Shown here one piece after another: positions 20,165 to 25,449 of a stretch of 25,449 nucleotides of DNA (its first letter is position 1; every line of letters begins with the position of its first letter). The translations under genes were made by a program, and so were the position numbers. The notes below the pieces were generated by a model. The model made no database searches. It saw only the letters and a list, made by a program, of their open reading frames with translations, and was not told the origin of the DNA. Origin of the DNA: Chiloscyllium plagiosum (lineage: Eukaryota); assembly GCF_004010195.1 (NCBI RefSeq), contig NC_057719.1, positions 28,250,710 through 28,276,158 of the forward strand, written 5' to 3'.

Positions 20165-20582
20165 AAACAACCTGGATGCTGAAAATTGGAAACAAAAGCA
20201 GAAATCCCTGGAAAAACATAGCAGATCTAGCAGCAACTATGGAGAGAAAGAAGAATTAACATTTTGGGTCCAATGACCTTCTTCTGAACTGATTGTAACT
20301 AGGAAAAGGATGGTGTATATGCTAAAGAAGGCATGGGGAGAGGGGAGGAAAGATCGGTGGAGATGGAGCCCAGAGAGAGAGAGAGAGAGTTGGGCAGACG
20401 AAGGAATGGGTAAAGGTCAGCCTGGAAGAATGAATAGCTGCTAATGGGGATCATTAATGGCTGACAATGGGTAGTATGTGGTAGCAGTCCATGTGATGAC
20501 AAGACTGTGAGGATAAGGACATGGGACATAGGAGAAGGTGGCCAGGCTCTAAAATTATTGAACTTAATATTGAGTCCAGAAC
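20165..20582 (-). mobile_element. Penelope-like 3' fragment with terminal repeat
   Basis: Minus strand ORF end GGACTCAATATTAAGTTCAATAATTTTAGAGCC (GLNIKFNNFRA) is shared with about 18765-18795. It is followed by a pyrimidine-rich tract and a decayed hammerhead at 20253-20290. Confidence 0.75.
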
Positions 20583-21132
20583 ACTAAGTTGTGACTGGTT
20601 AAGGGTTGGTGCTTCAGAAGAACAGTGGAAAACTTGAAGCACCACTGAATTACAAACTACAGTGAGTAGGTCATTAATGTTGTAGCATTTCATACCATCA
20701 AGACATTAAACATTATCTGCAAGCCAGAAAATAATTACGAAATTTGTTATGATCCTAGCTGATAGTAATACCAGACAAGTCAGATTCCAGAGTGAGAGAC
20801 GGATTGATGGATCATAAACTTTCCTTTCCTTTTTGTTTTCCATGGAGGTCACAGTTGTAAATAACTAAATATAGTTACAAGGGGCTGCTGATGTTTTTTT
20901 TAATGAAAAAAGGATTTATTACACAAAATATAGCTACAAATTATGTTGCACGAGACAAAAACTATTTGAAACAATCTCATTATAAATCTCTGAAAGAAAG
21001 ATTCATACAAACATATGAAATTATGGCAACAGTAGACCATTTGGCCTCTTAAACCTGTCCTGCCATTTAATGAGATCATGGCTGATTTGTTTGGGTTTTG
21101 AATTCCACATTCCCATTCAGTCCTGATCATAC

Positions 21133-21290
21133 TTTCAGCTCGGCATGGCAGTCTCTCGACCTGGCATGGCAATCTCTCAGTGGCCCAGCGTAGTGGTTTC
21201 TCAGCCTGGCATGGTGGTCTTTTGGCAGTACATGGTGGTACCTTGGCCAAGCATGGCCTCAATGTCTCGAGCATGGCCTCAATGGCCTTC
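21133..21290 (+). repeat. Imperfect minisatellite, about 21-nt unit (CTCAGCCTGGCATGGCAGTCT-like)
   Basis: Recurrent GCATGG core: CTCGGCATGGCAGTCTCT, CCTGGCATGGCAATCTCT, CCTGGCATGGTGGTCTT, GTACATGGTGGT, and AGCATGGCCTCAATG twice. Confidence 0.7.
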
Positions 21291-21645
21291 CAGTCTCGAG
21301 GTGATTCCTTGTAGTGCTGTCCACTGTGACAAAGCACTAGAAAGACTGTAATATTTGAACTTTCAGCTTTATTTCATTATTTTCTACTTAAAACTAAGAA
21401 GATCTGCAATGTGTATCTTTTAACCTTATTTCATATGTTTTAACATTATAATATAATAACAGCAATGTTTAACTTTTAACTTTGTTCTTTCTTTCTACCT
21501 TGTTCTTAAGATTCTGTACCTAAGCACTTGGACTAAGTTGGTGCCTTGTGTGCCAACATCATGCACTTTTCACTGTACTCCTGTACTTGTGTACTTGAGT
21601 ACATGTGACAATAAAATCAAAATAAAACCAAATAAAATCAAATAA
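21133..21645 (+). mobile_element. Non-autonomous retroelement-like insertion (minisatellite body, Rex1/Babar-like 3' end)
   Basis: It interrupts the CR1 tail and ends CTTTTCACTGTAC...GTACATGTGACAATAAA followed by (AAAT[A/C])n-type repeats. The family assignment is from recall. Confidence 0.5.
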
Positions 21646-21787
21646 TCTTTGAATCTTTGCGTATCAAGAATCTGTCTAGTTCTGCCTTCACGTCCTTCTG
21701 AGGCAGTGAGCTGTAAAGTCACACAACTCTCTGGGAGGAACAAAATATTCTTTTCTTCTCATCCTAAAAGGTTGACCCTTAACTTTA

Positions 21788-21901
21788 ATGATTTGGACTG
21801 GGGTGTACAAAGTTAAAAGTCACACAATACCAGGTTATAGTCCAACATGTTTCCAAATAAACCTGTTTGACTATAATTTGGTGTTGTGTGATTTTTACTT
21901 T
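21788..21901. mobile_element. Palindromic Penelope-like mini-element (family of 15975-16288), centre deleted
   Basis: AAAGTTAAAAGTCACACAATACCAGGTTATAGTCCAACA / TGTTTGACTATAATTTGGTGTTGTGTGATTTTTACTTT form inverted arms, nested in CR1. Confidence 0.75.
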
Positions 21902-22789
21902 AAATTTAAAGTAATGACCACTAGGTCTGGGCTGACCCATAAAAGAAAATATCCTTACTATAGCCACCTTGTTAAGACCATTCAGCATCTTACACATTTC
22001 AATCAAGTCACCCTCACTCTTCTAAACTCCACAAGCCCTGCCTATCCAATGTATCCTCACAGAATAACCTGCTCATTCCAGGTGTCAATGCAGTCAACCT
22101 CAACATAACCACGACCAGTGCATTTACAGCCTCCCTTAGAAAGTATACCAAGAAGCACAGTATTCAAAATGTGATCTCACCAATGCCTTGTTCAACTAAA
22201 GAATGGCATCCTTATTTTTATGTTCAATTCCTTTTGTAATAAAGTGTAACATTCCATTAGCTATCTTATTATGTGCAGTACCAGCATATTAACTGCTTGC
22301 AACACATAAACTATAACACCAAAATCCCTCTGCACCTTGACATTCTGCTGAAGTTCTGTTAAAAGTAAACAATTTCACATTTTCCCACATTATATACTAT
22401 CTGCGAGATTTTTGCCCACTTACTCAACCTATTTATATCTGTCTGAAACCTTTTTAAGTCTTCTTCACAGTAGACTTTCCCTTTGCATCGTAAGGAAATT
22501 TAGCTACTGTAGTATTCGCACACGTGAGTCATTGGTATAAATTGTACAACACTGAGGCCCCAGCATAAAGTCTGCAAGATTCTCCTTGTCATATCTTGTC
22601 AATCAGGCAGTGACCCATCGCACATATTCTGTTTTTTGCTAACCTGCAATTCTTTCTCATTTCAGTCCCCAGTTTTACAAAAGCATGAAAGGAAAAACCT
22701 GCAGTCCTTACAGGAGTGGTGTTGGAGGATTGAAGAAGTGCAAATATTATATCTTTGTTCTGAAAAACAGCCCAGTAACATGTCATTAA

Positions 22790-23455
22790 TAGTGATAGGG
22801 GGAGCTGTTAAATATGGTTTTCTAGATTTCATTAATTGTAGTATAAGGTATAAAAGTGGGGTGTATGTATGTGTGCGTATGGCATGGGGGGCAGGGGGGA
22901 GGGGGGTGACACTACGCTGCTCTTACATAAGACACCATTACCTCTTCAGAAAACTCATGCAAGTTAGTTCGACACAATTTTCACTTAAATGCTCAGCTGG
23001 AGTGTTGGGTGCCAAACTATAAGGAGGGTGGGTCTGCTTCGGAGAGAGTTAAGAAGAGACTTACATGAATGTAAAAACACAACAATTACAAACAAAGTTT
23101 TGGAGAAGATGGGATAGGAGTTCCTTGCAAAAGAAGACTAACAGGAGATTAAATCAAAGTTTCAAAATCACGAGAAGCATGTACAGAGTGGATAGGGATA
23201 AACTAATTCCATTCAAAAATGGATCGAGAATCAATGGATACACTTTGAAAGTGTTTTGCAAAAGATGCAAATTCAAGGTGAGAAAGATCTTTTTCACACA
23301 ATGAGTAGTTAGGCATGGAATGTATTACCCAGAACTGTGGCAGATGTGGATTTAATTGAAGCATTCAAGAGGGTATGAGATGATTACTTGGACAGAAACA
23401 ATGTGCAGAGTTGCAGAGGGCAAGCAAGAGATTGGCACTAAGTTGAAATGCTCTG
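22790..23455 (+). mobile_element. Old CR1 LINE 3' fragment
   Basis: ORF 23065-23304 ..FKITRSMYRVDRDKLIPFKNGSRINGYTLKVFCKRCKFKVRKIFFTQ, then *VVRHGM, matches the CR1 ORF2 C-terminus (R..FFTQRVV..WN). Confidence 0.75.
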
Positions 23456-23643
23456 AGAGAGGGAATCTAAGATGGCGGCGATCTGAGAAGATCACACTGC
23501 AGAGCTTCGCAACGCAGCAGGAGCAGGACGGTCCTTTAACCCACCCAACCCAGGTCATCAGGATTTCTTGGGGCATTGGAAAGATTGTGGAGCCCCAAGA
23601 AACATTAAAAAATTGACTTACCTGTATTTTCAGCTGTCCAGAA

Positions 23644-24318
23644 ATGCCTAAAAAGGGAGGAGGAGCATCTGAGGCCNNNNNNNNNNNNNNNNNNNNNNNN
23701 NNNNNNNNNNNNNNNNNNNNNNNNNNNNNNNNNNNNNNNNNNNNNNNNNNNNNNNNNNNNNNNNNNNNNNNNNNNNNNNNNNNNNNNNNNNNNNNNNNNN
23801 NNNNNNNNNNNNNNNNNNNNNNNNNNNNNNNNNNNNNNNNNNNNNNNNNNNNNNNNNNNNNNNNNNNNNNNNNNNNNNAAGGTGAGCAGCCTGCGGAATT
23901 TGTTGAAGCTTGGCTTCCGAAATTTCTTGACTAAGAGACTGGCATGAGAGGATTGAAGATAGAGAGGGCTCACTGCGTCGCAGCACGGAGGTCGAGTCTG
24001 GGTCAATGCCCTCGTCCTTTCCTGGTGCGGTTCCATCATTACCGGGATAAGGAGGGAGTCATGGAGGTTTCCAGACTCTAGGGGAAGGATCCAAAGGCCC
24101 TAACTTACGAGGGGTCTAAGATCATGTTTTTTCAGGACTTTTCAGCAGCGGTGATCCAGAAACGAAAATCATATGATGGTGTCAAGAGAAGATTGAAGTA
24201 GCTTGGGATTCAGTACTTCCTGAGATATCCGGCAGTGCTTCGGATCACCTTAGATGGATCCATGCATCTCTTTGACACATCGGAGAAGGCAAGAGACTTT
24301 GTGGACAAACGAACCTAA
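23644..24318 (+). pseudogene. L1 ORF1p (Transposase_22-type RRM/CTD), disrupted by three stops and spanning a gap
   Basis: MPKKGGGASEA..gap..GEQPAEFVEAWLPKFLD*ETGMRGLKIERAHCV..PRPFLVRFHHYRDKE..*..IMFFQDFSAAVIQKRKSYDGVKRRLK*LGIQYFLRYPAVLRI..FDTSEKARDFVDKRT*. IERAH, PRP, F.QD.S and YPA.L motifs are present. Stops at 23932, 24079 and 24199. Confidence 0.88.
23677..23878. other. Assembly gap (202 N)
   Basis: Run of N. Confidence 1.
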
Positions 24319-24922
24319 TTTAAACAAATTGTAGTATGTATAAATATTGTTGCTTGGGTATGTGTTTATCATTCTGTAAAAGAAATGGAGGAAATCTAGT
24401 TGGAGCTTTGTTTTTCCCCTTTTTTTACCTCTATTGATAATAATTTGGTTCAAACTATGTCTGGTGGTGGTTAAGATGTACATTTTAAATTTCTAAGTTA
24501 GGACATACCAAAGGATGGTGGGGTATTTATTCCCCTTTTTTTATAAAATAATGCTTTTTTTATTCATATTGATATTCTATGGGGTGTTTATTCTTTTTAG
24601 CTTGTGTTTGCGATGTGGCTCTAGCTGGGAGAAGTGAAGGTGGTTGAGATGGTTAGATGCCTATTTATGGGCAGTTCAGGATGGGTAGTTGCCCCCTCCG
24701 GGCAGGGGGTGAGTTCCACTACTCAGCACTATTGGCGCTTTATATGTTGGTTTGTTTTCTGGTTTTTGTTGTTTTTTATTTTTAATAATTTTGTATGTTT
24801 GTTAAATGTAGTGGTTTTAGTTTATGTAGCTTGTATATTTGGTGGACCATGCGACACTAAGGCTCAGCAATTTGTGGTTCGGGTTCCTCCTCTCTGGAAT
24901 TTAAATGTAATTGCAGAAGATT

Positions 24923-25449
24923 ATGGCTAATAATTTGATTAAATGGTGTACCCGGAATATCAAGGGAAGTCACTCACCAATTAAGAGGAAGAAGGTACTC
25001 TTGAGTCTTAGAAAGGAGAAGGTGGATATTGCTTTGTTACAGAAGACACATTTGGATGACAAGGAGCATCTGAAATTACAGCAGAATGGCTTTGACCGAG
25101 TTTATTTTCATCATTTAATACCAGATAGGGGAGTGGCTATATTGGTAAGCAAAAATCTCTCATTTAAATTATTGGAACGTGTTAAAGACACATACGGGAG
25201 GTTTGTAATTCTTAAAGCCTTGATAAATGGGAAAGAATATGGCATTTTAAATGTTTATTGCCCCCCAGCTCATCCTCTTAAATTCTTGGTAGATGCTTTT
25301 TCTAAACTGATAAGTCTCAACTCTCAGCACATCATTATAGGGGGAGATTTTAACTGCCTCATGGACCCCACAGTAGACAGGTTGCCTAAAGATCCCTCGA
25401 TACCCTCTGCACAAACTAAACAGTTATTGGGTTTGTGTGGGGAATTAGG
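24923..25449 (+). CDS. L1 ORF2p N-terminal APE-like endonuclease (partial, open to the window end; probably inactive)
   Basis: MANNLIKWCTRNIKGSHSPIKRKKV..DIALLQKTHL..RGVAILV..GRFVIL..ILNVYCPP..IIIGGDFNCLMDPTVDR. APE motifs (N..G, LQETH-like, GVAI, NVY.P, GDFN) are present. It is absent from the ORF track because no stop codon is reached. Confidence 0.88.
   Translation, partial: MANNLIKWCTRNIKGSHSPIKRKKVLLSLRKEKVDIALLQKTHLDDKEHLKLQQNGFDRVYFHHLIPDRGVAILVSKNLSFKLLERVKDTYGRFVILKALINGKEYGILNVYCPPAHPLKFLVDAFSKLISLNSQHIIIGGDFNCLMDPTVDRLPKDPSIPSAQTKQLLGLCGEL

Larger units (their letters stand above)
21005..22660 (-). mobile_element. Old CR1 LINE 3' half, interrupted by two insertions
   Basis: Tail ATATGAAATTATGGCAACAGTAGACCATTTGGCCTCTT at about 21012 and ORF 21785-22006 (MIEMCKMLNGLNKV..IFSFMGQPRPSGHYFK) are CR1-like. 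Confidence 0.75.
23456..25449 (+). mobile_element. L1-clade LINE: 5'UTR, ORF1, inter-ORF spacer, start of ORF2 (runs off the window)
   Basis: AAGATGGCGGC near the 5' end (23469-23479), an ORF1 relic and the ORF2 APE domain in the canonical order, with CpGs retained. Confidence 0.92.

Noticed and set aside
21133..21290. CRISPR-like array
   Set aside because: The units are adjacent degenerate tandem copies without unique spacers, the context is vertebrate, and there are no cas genes.

Overview
Repeat-rich eukaryotic genomic DNA, most likely from a cartilaginous fish (it has HE1/V-SINEs and many CR1-type LINE relics), with two N gaps (14699-15198, 23677-23878). The one recognisable host gene feature is the first coding exon of a novel-type protein kinase C of the eta/epsilon subfamily (C2 domain, minus strand 9014-8670, GTAAGC donor). 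Bases 1-8669 are therefore intron 1, and about 9015-9900 is candidate 5'UTR/promoter with two overlapping uORFs and a CCAAT box. The rest is a nested transposon landscape: CR1 fragments, tRNA-derived SINEs, a 5'-truncated Tx1-like insertion with a perfect 13-bp TSD, a young-looking L1 (5'UTR, ORF1, start of ORF2), a Myb/SANT-like (Harbinger-type) gene relic with a visible intron, and about ten Penelope-like fragments. The most interesting signal is a set of minimal hammerhead-ribozyme motifs (CUGANGA-A-stemII-GAAA-palindrome-NUH) in three Penelope terminal-repeat families. Several sit in short palindromic mini-elements, two of them flanked by 14-bp target-site duplications. Repeat family names come from recognition and recall, not database searches, and repeat boundaries are approximate.
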